Notes: generated by a model not told the origin, from the letters alone. Numbered from the stretch's first letter, positions 1 through 13,103 are shown. The stretch is DNA of 64,000 nucleotides from Epiperipatus broadwayi (GCA_028023455.1 JAQFVV010000002.1:21886001-21950000), one strand, 5' to 3'. Program-made: numbers and translations.

Positions 1-289
1 TTGTTAAATATATGCTTGAGCAGTTCCCACCTCTTCTGGCTTTACCCACTTAAGTGATAGAAATGGTTGTGCTAACAATGGTAGCAAAATAGAGATAGCA
101 TCACAATCCTATTAAATCTAGCAATAGCACTTCCTTACATAATGACAATGATATTGCAAATGGATGAACAGAATTGTTTTGACATTTGAATAATGGTATA
201 AGCATTTTAACAATGACTTTTAATGATCTATCCCTTTTATTTACTAATATAGATCTGAGCAAAGATATCCAGATTAGTAAAACCAAAAC

Positions 290-1985
290 ATGAAATGACT
301 GCAGGTCCTGGTGAGTCACCTAGAGAAGTTTTAAAATATGGTGATGTATTAGTTTCACAAATATTGGACTTTTTAAAAATATGTGGAATAATAACGTTAT
401 GCAACCTGAGGCTGAAAGATTTTATTGTTCCTATTTTTAAAAATAAATAGAATAGTATTGCAGAAATTATTGTGGAATATCATTATTAACTACCACAGCA
501 AAGATAATTTAAAGGATTTTGTTGAATAGATTACTTCCAGTTATAGATGAATAGTTACAAGAGATTCACTATAGTTTTGGAAAATCAAAAGCACAAGTGA
601 CATGTCTTCTGTTGACAGACAAATACAAAAAAAAATGTCAGGAATGAAAGAATGATTTATATATTACTTATATGGATTTTCTCAAAACATTTGATTCAAT
701 TAGTCAAACAGGTCTATGGCAATATATGAAATCAGTTGTTATCCAGTTGTATTACACAGTTTCTACATGATGGAATAGGAAGAATTGTTAATAATACAAG
801 TGAAAATTTGATGCATTTGAAATGAAAACTGGTTTTAAATAAATAATGTATACTTATTCCAACATTGCTTTTGATTTTTGCAATTATGGTCTTTGGAACT
901 GCTTATAGATGATTAATGAAATAGTAATTAAGATATGATATAGGCTTGTTCCTACAATTTTTAATACAAATTGGTTAACAGCACAATATCATCTTAGATT
1001 CTGGAATTTCAATATCCTAATGATTTTGCTATCCTTATCAATTCAAAAGTTAGTCAATTTACAGAATATTCATAATATTTTGAATGCAAAATATAATGAT
1101 TTTGTTTATTAATTAAGATCAAAAAAGCCCAATTCCATATCAGCTAATGATTCAGCAATTTTTACTTTTAATAGTTATTAACTTGAGAATGTAAGCCAAT
1201 TTAAATATCTTGGTAGTCCTTTAAATAGAATGGTGAGCTTAGATATTGGGATGCATCACAGTTTCTAATATATTGCTGCTGTGTTTTATAAACAAAAATA
1301 TGGAATATTTTATCATAGTGAAATAATTACTGTTATCAAATTAATTATAAATAAAGCTGTTTTATCTAGTTTAATGTATGAAAGTAAGACTTGGACACTA
1401 TTGATATGTTATAATCATATAAAAAGTTTTATTTAAGTATGCTCCACAAAATATTAAAAAATGTTATAACATGAACATAAGACCAATCATTTTTCTTCAA
1501 CTTTTTGGAAATAATACTATAGAATCCTGTATTGTAAAATCAATTTTTATTGGGTGAGACATGTAAAATGAATCAACAATGAAATATTTCCTAAAAAGAT
1601 TGTTTATAGAGAGTCTCAAAAACATTGGCAAAACTCCCCATACAGTAGTGCCACCCTGTGCCAAACAGAGTAATCAATGGATGCCAGAAGGCTTGTGCAT
1701 AAAATCCCTATCTAGTGCCTACTCATCCAATATGCACAAGCCTTCTGGCATCCATTGATTACTCTGTTTGGCACAGGGTGGCACTACTTATGGGGAGTTT
1801 TGCCTTTGTTTACAACAAATTATGTGCTAGTATAGAGATGGTGATCATGTGATGTTTGATGGTCTCAAAAACATTGTTAAGAAGAGTTAAAAAAGATATT
1901 GAAGAGAATAGAATATACTGGAGAGTAATGATTAAATGAGGTCTTGAAATATTTCAGGAAAAAAATGTTTGCTACAGAAAAAGTA
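290..1985 (+). mobile_element. Decayed RTE-clade LINE fragment (RT domain to 3' end), interrupted by a fold-back insertion at 1628-1861
   Basis: Frameshifted remnants of RTE RT motifs in order: AGP-like (301), IVPIFK/NYxGISLL (425-500), DFxKxFDSI (675-700), LENVSQFKYLGS (1185-1220), ETWTL (1380-1400), GHVxRM..PKKI (1555-1605). Many stops. Confidence 0.75.
1628..1861. mobile_element. Family B retrozyme 3' fragment inserted as a head-to-head fold-back (75-bp arms) with a 15-bp TSD
   Basis: 1627-1701 is the reverse complement of ~1731-1805 (1 indel). The sequence matches family B at 13150-13310. GTCTCAAAAACATTG is duplicated at 1613-1627 and 1862-1876. Confidence 0.85.
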
Positions 1986-2246
1986 AAAGACAGTATCATA
2001 AAATATTTATTGAACAGAACAATGAAAAAACACGTTCTATATGTGGATGTATGTGTTCCTCAGACTGGTTAGTATGTTTATGACAAAAACAATCTCTAAT
2101 ATTCTACTGCTATTACTATTACTACTACTACTACTACTATTGTTATTATTTATTCCTTTTGTGTTTCTTTTCTTTTTGAAGTTGGAATATTCACATTCAT
2201 ATGAGTGCAGCTGTTGATAGCGATGGTAAAAAAATAAGATTTTCAC

Positions 2247-2385
2247 CTTTTTTTCTAAAAATGGAAATGCATAAAGTGTGTATACTTTTTTGATGAGGCT
2301 TTTTGAGATCTGAAAGTAAGAAATCACTTGCAGATTAAAGGTTTCATGATTGCAAATTGTCATAGATACTTTTAGTGCAACTTGC
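2247..2385 (-). CDS. Candidate internal exon of an unidentified host gene (RQVALKVSMTICNHETF...YAFPFLEKK)
   Basis: AG acceptor at 2386-87 after a T-rich tract, GT donor at 2245-46, 139 nt stop-free and phase-compatible with exon 2555-2608. No homolog recognised. Confidence 0.35.
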
Positions 2386-2554
2386 CTTATAGAGCAAAAA
2401 AATAAATACATAAATAAAAGATTTTTGAAATTACAAATTTATTGAGAAAAAGGATATTACAAAATAATCTGTTTGTTATTCAGTCTTACTTGATTGTTTT
2501 CTAGCTGTATCAATGAAAGCCCAATAATATTACGAAATGTTTAGGTCTTGATAC

Positions 2555-2608
2555 CTCAGCCCACAGTATATCTGATTAGGCACTGATATTAGATTCATAA
2601 AGATTTTG
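2555..2608 (-). CDS. Candidate internal exon (KIFMNLISVPNQIYCGL-R)
   Basis: AG/GT bounded, 54 nt, ends in phase 2 and joins in frame to 2247-2385. Confidence 0.3.
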
Positions 2609-2902
2609 CTATTACATTAATACAAATAACTTTTTTTTTTATTTCTTGGTTACTTTAATGTATATGTTAAAGAAATATGCTATGACCTAAAATTATTGGA
2701 AATAATAGCACTGATTATCTAAAATTAAATAGCCTACAGTCATTGAACTCTTGTTCACATGGATTGATTACCATTAAGATTTTTTAATTAAAATTACTAT
2801 ATAGGGCATATGAGCACAGACTTTCACATGACCCACCACTTTCCACATTATCTCATAACACTGATACACTTGAACACATATATGTTGAAAAGATAAATAA
2901 TC

Positions 2903-2946
2903 ACCAATATACGTATTTCATGCTAATCCAGCAATCATCAGTTGGT
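2903..2946 (-). ncRNA. Minimal type I hammerhead ribozyme, family A
   Basis: ACCAA CUGAUGA U-UGCU-GGAUU-AGCA-U GAAA UACGUAU A^UUGGU: stem I ACCAA/UUGGU, palindromic stem III AUACGUAU, AUA cleavage triplet. Confidence 0.8.
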
Positions 2947-3379
2947 CCAGATTACCATCTCTACACATATATGCTATAAGTGCTCAGATATATATTAAGA
3001 TAGCCATTCTCATACTTTAATGGACAGGCTTCAATCTATTCCACACTCCAACTCTTCAACCATCCATCGAATTGAAAATCTGATGATGGAATGCTCAAAG
3101 GCCACCCTGAGGCCGAGATTTTTGTCACACCCATGTTGACCTAAGGTCAATCTGACCCCTCATGTACACAGGACATAATCCATTTAATACATATACAAAG
3201 AGATGGGCAGACATCTCTATGATGTAATAACTGAAACACACAGGCTTATTATATACCTGTGTTTATATATGTAATATATAGGGTATATGAGCACAGACTT
3301 TCACACTCCCCAACACTCTCCACACTATCTCATAACACTGATACACTTGAATACATATATGTTGAAAAGATAAATAATC

Positions 3380-3423
3380 ACCAATATATGTATTTTATGC
3401 TAAACCAGCTATCATCAGTTGGT
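3380..3423 (-). ncRNA. Family A HHR, mutated (GAAA->AAAA)
   Basis: Same frame as 2903-2946, with G12->A and CpG decay in stem III. Confidence 0.6.
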
Positions 3424-4599
3424 CCAGATTACCATCTCTATACATATATGCTATAAGTGCTCAGATATATATTAAGATAGCTAATTCTCATACTTTAATG
3501 GAAAGGCTTCAATCTACTCCACACTCCACCTCTTCAACCATCCATCCAATTGAAAATCTGATGATGAAATGCTCAAAGGCCATCCTGAGGCCGAGATTCT
3601 TGTCACACCCATGTTGACCTAAGGTTAATCTGACCTCTCATGCACAGGACATAATCCATTTAATACATATACAAGGGATGGACAGACATCTCTACTTATG
3701 TAATAACTGAAACACTTACTATAAAAAAGTCTTGAATGGTCTATTTTTACAAAACTGGCATTTTATGAATTATGCTATAACCAGAATCAGAATTTAAAAG
3801 ATGTCAAAGTTACAAGAGCACTTTATAAGTGAAAATTGTTTCACAAATTTTAGATTAGTATACTCTTAGATGAAAATAATGTTGGAGATAGAAAATAGAT
3901 CCTATTCTAAATATACTAGTATGAAATTCGATAATCATATTTCAGAAGCAACTGCTATTTATGGTAAATTTCAATTGCTATCTTTGGAATGGTCAATGTG
4001 ACATTTCAAATAAGAAGTTTAACATCTTGCAAGAAGAATTAAAAATGATTAATAGATTCAAATTGTAAAAATATAGTTTTGATCAGAGTTGATTTTTTTA
4101 AAAGTGTTGAATGTAATATAAACCTAATAAAGAATATCACAATTCTTTTAAATCATTGCCTCATACTTTTATATACAAGAATAATATTTTGAATCTGTGG
4201 AGAAGAGTATTTTGATCATATTTAGAGTAATGAACAAGAATTCAAGTGCTTACAATTAACCCCTCAAACATCACATGAGTGGCACTACTGTATGGAGAGT
4301 TTTGTGTGTTTTGATTACAATTAATGCTTTATTCATCTTATTGAATTATTGAGATTTGGGCAGAGATATTCAATTTAATGAGATGAACAACTAGCAATCT
4401 TAAAAAGAAAATCTGCAAATCCTCAAGAAATTGATGATAAACTTCAAAATATGGGATTGATATGTTTCAAAATAATTGGAATGCTTTAAATGCACATTCT
4501 TATAAAAATATGTGAAACCATGAAAATAACTGTTTTTATTGATCCAATGTATACAAATTAAAACATCTACACCGGACTTTAAAAAAAATATATATCCAG

Positions 4600-5487
4600 T
4601 CCATTCGAGTCTCCCCCTCAGAAATTCCTAAGCTTCCACCTTGCTTCTCCCCCCTCTGTGATGCAAAGGGATATCCAAAACACCCTTCTGATGAAGATTG
4701 ATAAGACTGTCACATTCTTATCAAAAATTTATCTTTCTTTATTTGGGAAAGTTGCTCTACTGAATTCCGTAGTTCTTCCCAAAATTATATATTATCTAAC
4801 AGAGTTTTTTCCTACAAAGACATTCACAAATAAGGTCGAGATCATGTTTAGGAGGTTATGCTGGGGAGGATGAACAGCTGTCATAAATCAAATAAAAAGA
4901 TGATGTATAGAATGTTTCGAACCAATCTCTAAAGATTTTGGTTTATTAATTACTGTTCAAAACAATTAAATGCTTCATTAGCCACTAATATAAAATTTAT
5001 CAGCTTGAAAATGTGAATCATTATGAATATTTCCATAAGCTACTAGATTAGTTGAAAATATAATAAACAAATCATAAGTTCAATCAGTGTTCTTCAGCAT
5101 TAGATTAGATTATATATATCTTTGTAAGAACTTCTTATCATTGAACTGGTCATTTGAAACAGATGAGTCCTAAAAAAGGTATTATCCCTCATGGAAGAGT
5201 TAGAGTCCATCTGAAAGATATTCTAAAGAGATATAATATTTATAGTTTTTATTAGTAGAATATGATTGAGAATGGAATACAAAGAAAGAATTCAATTTGG
5301 CAAAGTATTGAAATCTTTCAGGAAGTTAGGGTTCAAAGACTATAAAAGAGTCATCATATGGCATATGAAGTTATGTTTGCCGATCAAAAAATTGTTTCTA
5401 TTGTCATTACAAAACTCATATTTTATAAGGAATTTGAACACAGACTTTCGAGCTCTTTTTAGCTATCCACTCTATCTAATACAATAA
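4600..5487 (+). mobile_element. Decayed L1/Tx1-type LINE fragment (post-RT region)
   Basis: ORF 4658-4873 LLMKIDKT..LSKIYLSLFGKVALLNSVVLPKIIY..RRLCWGG resembles the LSxxGRxxLxxSVxxxxxxY motif of L1/Tx1 ORF2. Confidence 0.65.
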
Positions 5488-5489
5488 TA

Positions 5490-6195
5490 CACATGACCAC
5501 ACACGTGAAAAATATAAATCATCTCCAATATAGGTACTTCATACTGAACCAGGGACTCATCCATTGGTTCAGATCATCATCTTGCGCACAAATACTATCA
5601 GTGCTCGGTTTATATTAAGATAGCAAATCTTCAAGTTTTAATAAACAGACTTCAATCTACTCCACTCTCCAACTCTTCCACCATCCATATCATTAACAAT
5701 CAAATGATAGAACACCCAAATCCTTTATTGATGTCAATATTATTATCATACCCCTGTTGATTTTAAATCACTCTGACCTACACTCCAACTCTTCAGTCAT
5801 CCATAACATTGAAAATCATCCTGGAATGTCCAAATCCCTTGTTGATACCAATATTATTGTCACGCCCATGTTGACTTTAAGGCAATCTGATTCCTCGCAT
5901 CATCTGATTTTCAATAGTATAGATAGCTGAAGAGTTGGAGAGTGGAGTAAATTTAAGCCTGTCCATTAACGTTTGAAGATTTACTATCTTAATATAAACT
6001 GAGCACTGACTGTATATGTGTGTGGAAAATGATGATCTGGACCAACTGATGAGTTCCGCTTTGTCACGAAATACATATATTTGAGATCATTAATTTTTTT
6101 TACATGTGTGTGATTATGGGTGTCGGTTGTATGAGATAGGGTGGATAACTGAATGGACCTTGAAAGTCTGTGTTCAAATCCCCTACAATTACATC
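5490..6195. mobile_element. Older family A subfamily, head-to-head inverted pair with decayed HHRs (5524-5569 minus; 6041-6085 plus)
   Basis: 5490-5910 and 5920-6195 align to family A in opposite orientations. The plus copy reads ACCAA CTGATGA G...C GAAA TACATAT A TTTGA. Confidence 0.7.
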
Positions 6196-7734
6196 TAAAC
6201 TTCAGTTATATGAATTAGGCTTGGATTCAAATAAATCCATTTTTATACTTATAGAGAGGAGAAATATATTGTTTTTTTTTCTTTTCTGCAATTAGAATGC
6301 CCATACTCAAAACATAAAATAATTTTAATCGAAGAAATCTGAATGAAGTTATACATCGTAGAATGACAAAAGAAAATCATTTTTCTAAGTGTTTGGCTGC
6401 ATAACTGTATTTCCCGATTTGTCTTCAGCAGGAAGCGTACCTACATAAATATTACTTGCATACATACATATATGGTTTTCATGCAAAAGATGAAAACTAT
6501 TCCAAAGAATTTTTAACTCGAAAATTTATTGTTAAGAATAATTACTGTCATTATTATATGATATATCGCATTACAATTCCGTGGGTTATAAACAATCACG
6601 TGACAAAAGTATTTCGTTCCATAAGCGATTTTTTATATTTGTCTATAACGTACGTGAGGCAAAATGTCATGTAATTGTATTTCTTAAGCTAAATCTGACT
6701 TTGCAAACGTAAAATATGAATTAGTTGACAAAATACTTGATTTAATTATATTTTATTGTATCTGCTGGTGTCTAGTCAAAACAAAAAACTTATTTAACCT
6801 GTTTTAAGGTGTCAAGTGTGGGCTGAATAAGTTGAGAAACATGGGAAATCAATAATTCCAAAAGGAAACAAAGCTTCAGTCTAACGTTTGAAATGAGGAA
6901 TTAAATAGGTGAGTAAAACTATTTGCACAATCACTGTTTTGTTTTACGTGATTCGCCCAATTAATAATTCTATTATTATTCTTTTAATAATTCATTAACA
7001 AGCTTCACTTAGTAAATGTGTAGTAATAATTTATTTCAGTTGTCAAACTCAACTAAATTCATTTAACCTATGGCGATGCTTTAAATTACTTGTAATACCT
7101 GCATTATTCAGTGAGTTACAGGTATTTTTTTTAAAAGTCTTTATAACTATTAAGTTTATATGCATTTGCATGCATATGTTTAAAATAAAAGTATTTCTGA
7201 AAAGTTAAGAGTAAACGTATCCACAATGTAAATATACAAACACGAAATGTCGTTGTTTATTTGTTTTGTATTTACCGTTAGCTATTAACTGATTTAATGA
7301 AGGGCAAGCGGTTTCGAATGTTCTTTACAAAAGTCTATTCACGCATTAATTTTTCTATTAAAGATGTTAGCCTGATCATTTCCTTGATTCGATTAACTTA
7401 TTCTTATCGTCCAACTCAAACGTTTCTCCTGTTATATATAAATATAAGCGACTATACGCGAGGCTGTTGACATAATTCTTCCAGCAATAAATAATAGTTA
7501 TGTTTGGAATAAAATAAAAATGTGATCGAGTTGAAATAATATTGTAATCGAGTTAAATAATGTTGAAGGCAAGTTATAAATTTTTCGCAGTTTTATATAT
7601 ATATATAAGTTTGTGCATTGATATTTTTTTTGGTAGAAAATATTTATTTCAATAGATAAATGGAGAATTAAAAACTTTAAAGATCTGGATAATCTGATTA
7701 TGATAAAAGAACTGTTTTCGTACCAGAAATAGAA

Positions 7735-8570
7735 ATCATCATCATCAAACCTTATCAACCCACTGCTGAATGAAGGTCTCTCCAAGTCAATCCATCTTCT
7801 CCGATCTTTAGCTTCTCTTCTCCACATCACCTCTGCACACTTTCTTATTTTATCCATCCATCTCACATGTGGTCTCTTTCTGGGTCTTTTACAATCTCTT
7901 GGAAACCGGTTTAAGATTTTAATTGTCCATCTATTATCATCTCTTCTAGCAATATGTCCAGTCCAACTCCACTTCAGTCTTTTAATTTTTTCAGTGATGT
8001 CAGTAACACCTGTTTGTTCTCCTACCCATATATTGCATTTCGATCTCTTCTTGTTACTCCCAACATGCATCTCTCCATACTTGATCTGAAGTCTTTGTAT
8101 TGCTCTTCTATTAAATATCCAAATCTCAGATCCATAAGTAAGAACTGGTAAAACACATTTATTAAAAACCTTCCTTTTCAAACATATAGGCATATTTCCT
8201 TTTAGTATCAAGTTATTTCTACCAAAAACACTCCAACCAAGTTTAATTCTATGATTAATTTCATCCATTATGTTTCCATCTGTATTAATAATCTGACCAA
8301 GGTATTTGTAGCTGTTAACTTCTTCTAACTCATCATAATCAATTTTTATTTTCATATTTTGAGAAAATCCATTAAACATTACTTTAGTCTTTTTAACATT
8401 TATCTTTAGTCCTACTTTTATCTGATAACTTCTGCAACATTTCCTACAGCTCTAAAGCATTATTTGCAAAAACAACTACATCATCTGCAAAATCTAAATG
8501 AGTTAAATAATCTCGTTTACTTTCACTCCTTTAGCTTCTCATTTAAATATTTAACTGATTAGATTGGATA
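7735..8570 (-). mobile_element. 5'-truncated RTE-clade LINE (RT C-terminal half) with (GAT)n tail
   Basis: YLTHLDFADD at ~8510-8480; ORF 7498-8379 with SYKYLGQII, TYGSEIW, KWSWTGHIARR; GATGATGAT tail at ~7735-7745. Confidence 0.9.
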
Positions 8571-10115
8571 TCGGACTAAGATTTCTTTGATACACGAAAA
8601 CAATTAAAGGATTACAGAGTTGCTGGTTGGGAAGGATCTGGAATAGAATAAATGCCAACTTGAGAGCAAAAACATATATACACGTACATCCTCGCATTGT
8701 GCAGTTGTTACAGATGTGAAGTAGGCACGAACTGCAAGATCGAAGTTTCGAGTGTGCAAGGAGAGAGCTCCCAGTGAATTTCCATTACTGATAGTGCCAA
8801 AGTAGACTAAGGAACTTTTGCAGGCCATATTGGCCTTATTATCATGTTCTAAGCTGCATCTTTGCAATACCCTTATTTCATCTTTTATATATTATCTTGT
8901 TAGCTTAAATAAATGTCACATTATATTTAATTTAAACCAGTGTTAGTGTAGTATTTTATTTCTGCGTGTCTACTTACTTTTACCGCAATTGTAGTACTCT
9001 TGGAATCAGTATACAGCAGTAACATTAAAAGAAACTCGATCCCAATAGAAAATTGCGTTTGTATTTATGGGAGATAAAAAGTATTTATATACATATATCC
9101 AATGACTTTTGAATTAAAACTAAAGAAATAGATAGCTATGGTTAAATTTCACTGACTTTTCTATATAGATGTATATTTATTGCCATGGAATTATAGTGTA
9201 GTAAAATTCAAACTAAAACAGCTGAAACAGAGCAGCATGTTTTTTATATCCTTCAATAGGTGGCAGCATAGTCTAAACAACAACAGCCTTGTGCATATTC
9301 AGTGGCTAATTTAAGTTTTTTTTATATGTCAACTCTGCTGATCCTATCCGTCTATTTATTTGTTGAACAAAGAATTCCCTATAAAGAAAGGTTTTTGTTT
9401 TTAAGGCTTGAAATATTTATTGTGTCAAAGTTCAGCAATTTGTTTATCTTCAAGCACGTGGCTGAGAAAGTAGATGAAAGGCTTCTATGTTGCTATTTCA
9501 AGAATTTAGTAAAGAGATTGTTAAGCCACAAACAAAATAATAATAACCTAAAAAATCATATCATACTTGTTGCCCAAAATTTTATTGCACCTTACTTGAA
9601 CACTATTGGTACACTGATTAGTGGTTTTTTTTTTAAAAAAAAGAAGATAATATGCAACACCTCTTTAATTTTTTTTCTTTAATCGTCCTATTCCTGTCAA
9701 ACAATTTTGACTTTTTAGTTCTAAAAGCATGACTTATTTTTTCATAGTCAAAGAAAATTGAACTATATTTTGTGGTTATTTTTTATCTTCTATATAGTTA
9801 TATATCTTGGTCTAATCTTATATTCCACAATTCTCCAAAACAGATAAAATGGCAAAGGGAAATTAGACAATAGCACAAACTGTTCATGCTTATAACTTTA
9901 TTTTTAAAATTACAAATTCTCTAAAGCCAACATCAAATTCTTACTTATATATCAATGGTGCATATACTATAGAGATGTAGGGTTTGCTTTTTACTTTACA
10001 AATGAGCAGATTATTCTTATCAGGATTAAAACTTCTAATGGTATGATTCAAAACGTACCTATTTTATTTCACACTTGTCAAATGTCTGACATAATTGTCC
10101 ATAATGTTTTTTATG

Positions 10116-10156
10116 CAGTGTGAATATGAAGCAACATGCCTCGAAAGCGCTCAGCT
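10116..10156 (+). ncRNA. Variant type I HHR, family E (G3.U8 core)
   Basis: GUGAAUA U GAAGCA-ACA-UGCCUC GAAA GCGC UC^AGCU; palindromic stem III AGCGCU. Stem I is imperfect. Confidence 0.55.
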
Positions 10157-11824
10157 TTTACTTGTTTATTTATTGATTTATAAGAGTACTTGATATAGCT
10201 TCTCCTGCCAATGTCTTAACACGTGTGTAATTTTGTTATAATTATTTTGAGAGAAGTAAAGCGTAGTATTTTACAAATAAAAATGTTGTAAAACAAATAT
10301 CCCTGTGTCAAACAGGAACTTTTGATCTAATATGCATTTTAACCCTTTCTACTTCAATTTATTCTTGTAACATGGACACTATATTTAATTATTTTTAATG
10401 TAATAATGACTTTTTCATAAAATTGTAAATGATGAGACAGCAACATTTATGCTATTCGCTATGTCTGTTTTTAAGGTGAAATCCGGATAAATATAACAAG
10501 ATTAAACTATCACTTGCATGGGGATAAACAATCTCCAGCCATTGAGTTTGCAATTTTGAGCATGTCCATTATCAAAATATGTATAGCAAAATGGTCTTTG
10601 ATAGAATGTGTTTTATTTTTAAAAAATGTCATGTCATAAAAAAGTGCATATTGCTCGTAATTTATATGGACAGTTTTTTGATAAAATGTTTCAACTATTT
10701 ATTTGCCTTTGGTGGTGAGCTACATTTCTAAGGATTTTTAGGTTGGAGTACTCAAAGATAATCTTCTTTTGTTGATCAAACTCAATAGACTGATTAGTAT
10801 ACTTCCATAATAATAATGCAAAGTTATTGTGCAAGTACTTGTATACTGAAGGTTGTAATAATTCTGAATGTATTGTTGGCAAAACACAATAATTTTATTC
10901 TAAATCTAAGGTAATTGAACCTCCACACATGCACGATACTATAAAATTTAATAATGAAGTTAAGTATGAGTAAAGCGATCCAAGTCACAAGATAAAGACT
11001 TTGAAAAAATAAGAATGGTTAGCTTATCTTCTTACCTAAATGCAATTATATAGGCAAATTTTAAGCATCTTGGAAAGAACGTATGAATATATTAAATTAT
11101 TTACTTTACTTACATTTCTTTTTCATATCCTATTAACACCTGTGAAATATTGAAATTTATTATGAGTTAATATTAGAAGATGTTACAAAATGACAATATT
11201 CCTGCAATTTCCAATTATTTTATAACATCTCTGATATTTTCCAAAAATGGCAAATTAACCAAAAAGTGAATTACTGTGTTGATTACTTTGTTATTTTGTA
11301 CCTTTTTGGTCAGATATTTACATAAAAGCATTATTTTAAAAAAAAAATTTTAATATATTATTTCTTTAGCAAATGTAAAAATGTTTTTTTATTTTATTTA
11401 AACGTTCATTAACTTCTTATCGCACTATGGTTTTATTTTACAATTTTAAACATAGTCATTTGCTTTTAAATGATTATTGGATACCTTTAACCCACATTAT
11501 AAGGCCTGCCTCTTTCCTATAATATCTTAAAACCTTATTGGCTTTTTTATCTATGAGAGATGCATTTTTAGGTTTAAGCAGTAGAAAATATTTTGTTTTA
11601 TAAACTTCTCATCAATGAAGCAAAAATGATTTTATCACATCCTTTTATAATTGATCAATCATAATCATATGTACAAAAAAAGACACAAATAATGAGGTCT
11701 CTCTGTGGCTAACTGAAAATAATTTATATTTTTAGCAATCATGGGCTCATATCCAGCACGCAATCTTATTAACAAATTACATATATATAATATAAATAAA
11801 ATGTTTGTTAATTAAAATAAAATT

Positions 11825-12040
11825 ATAATTATAATAAAAATAATAAATTTAACGGCAATAAACTCTTAAAAACAGTCTTTAAATCTGCAGAAGTACTTTC
11901 AGTTAATTTCTTAAACCTGCCTCAACTGCCATTAAATTCAATGGCAGTTGAGGCAGGTTTAAGAAATTAACCTTCTGCAGATTTAAAGACTGTTTTTAAG
12001 AGTTTATTACTGTTAAATTTATTATTTTTATTATAATTAT
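11825..12040. repeat. Near-perfect palindrome (~105-bp arms, 6-nt loop at 11934-11939)
   Basis: The arms are reverse complements except one short indel and one substitution. The arm sequence recurs at the ends of the 45.4-46.5 kb palindrome. Confidence 0.9.
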
Positions 12041-13103
12041 ATATATATATAATAATTATTAAAAAATAGATAAACTATAATCAGAAATTTTATACTATAT
12101 CTTTTTAAACAAAAAAATAAATAAATAAAATTTTATTTTGTTCTGTTAAAAGATAAAAAAAAAAATTAAAAGATATAATTCCTTTTTTTTTATTTATTTA
12201 TCATTTTAACAATTTTTCTGTTAATAAATAAAAAGGTATCTCTCTCTTTTTTTGAATAAATGAATGAATAGAAATAGCTAAAGACTAATTTTTTTTTTTT
12301 TTTTTTTTAGAATGGGCTAGCATAAACAGCTAAAGATTAAATATTTTAACTACCCTTTTTTTGTATTAAGACAGATACAGGTTTATCCTGAATAACAAGG
12401 TTATATAGTTTTCTAAAATATCTCAAATCAAAAATTTTGTATAAAAAACAAGCACTTATAATAATATGCTTTGGGAAAAAAATCATTACCACAGATTCAA
12501 AATATATAATAAATATTAAATATTCGATAAAAAAAATCAAAGCTTAAAATTAAAAAAGTTAATTAATTCATAAACATTTTACTAAGAATATTGCAATAAA
12601 AAACATTAACCTATATGTAAATATAGTTTCAATGATTTATTTATTTTTTTAAATAATTTTATATTTTACAATTTTCATTTTGAATCAATTATATCAAATG
12701 AGACAGATATTCTGTTGATTAAAAAAGACTATAATGTATATTTTAAAAAATATTTTTGGGCACTTTATGCTATGTTGTTGATATTTGTTTTTGTAAATAC
12801 CTAACGAATACATTTTTTTAATCATTTTTCAAGGCAGTTGGAAAAAAATATTTTAAAAATCAAGTTTTTTACAGAATTATAGTCTTAATTAATTAAGTTA
12901 GATCAAAAAATGTAATGTGTAGTTTTAATAAACATCACATGATCACCATTATATGACTAGATAAGCTAATGGGCTCGGATTGAAGACAATATGGTGTTTT
13001 CAATTTAAGACTTATAGTTTTGTAGTTAAGTAGAGATAAAAGATGGATGCTGGAGGTTGCATTAGATCCTGAGATCTGGGTGCAGTTCTCTCAGATCCAA
13101 GGC

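Larger units (their letters stand above)
2802..3715 (-). mobile_element. Family A retrozyme-like element, tandem dimer (~477-bp monomer), one HHR per monomer
   Basis: The period is 477 (TGAGCACAGA at 2811 and 3288). It is non-coding, has HHR motifs on the minus strand, and TTACTATA is duplicated at 2794-2801 and 3716-3723. Confidence 0.85.

Noticed and set aside
3070-3135. Second, opposite-polarity HHR in family A (CTGATGA...GGCC GAGA TTCTT GTC), which would make it viroid-like
   Set aside because: GAGA replaces GAAA in the copies examined, and the flanks (TTGAAAAT / ACACCC) cannot form stem I. A cleavage assay of this strand would settle it.
3259-3456. Repeated small ORFs (3259-3456, 50005-50202, 50574-50807, 55427-55693, 13012-13230, 13446-13652)
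   Set aside because: They are chance frames inside families A and B; starts, stops and frames are not conserved between copies.
6395-6432. Minus-strand CTGAAGA...GAAA motif
   Set aside because: No stem II, and G at position 17; likely chance.
8604-8867. GC-richer 87-aa ORF next to the RTE fragment
   Set aside because: No recognisable domain and no convincing splice sites.
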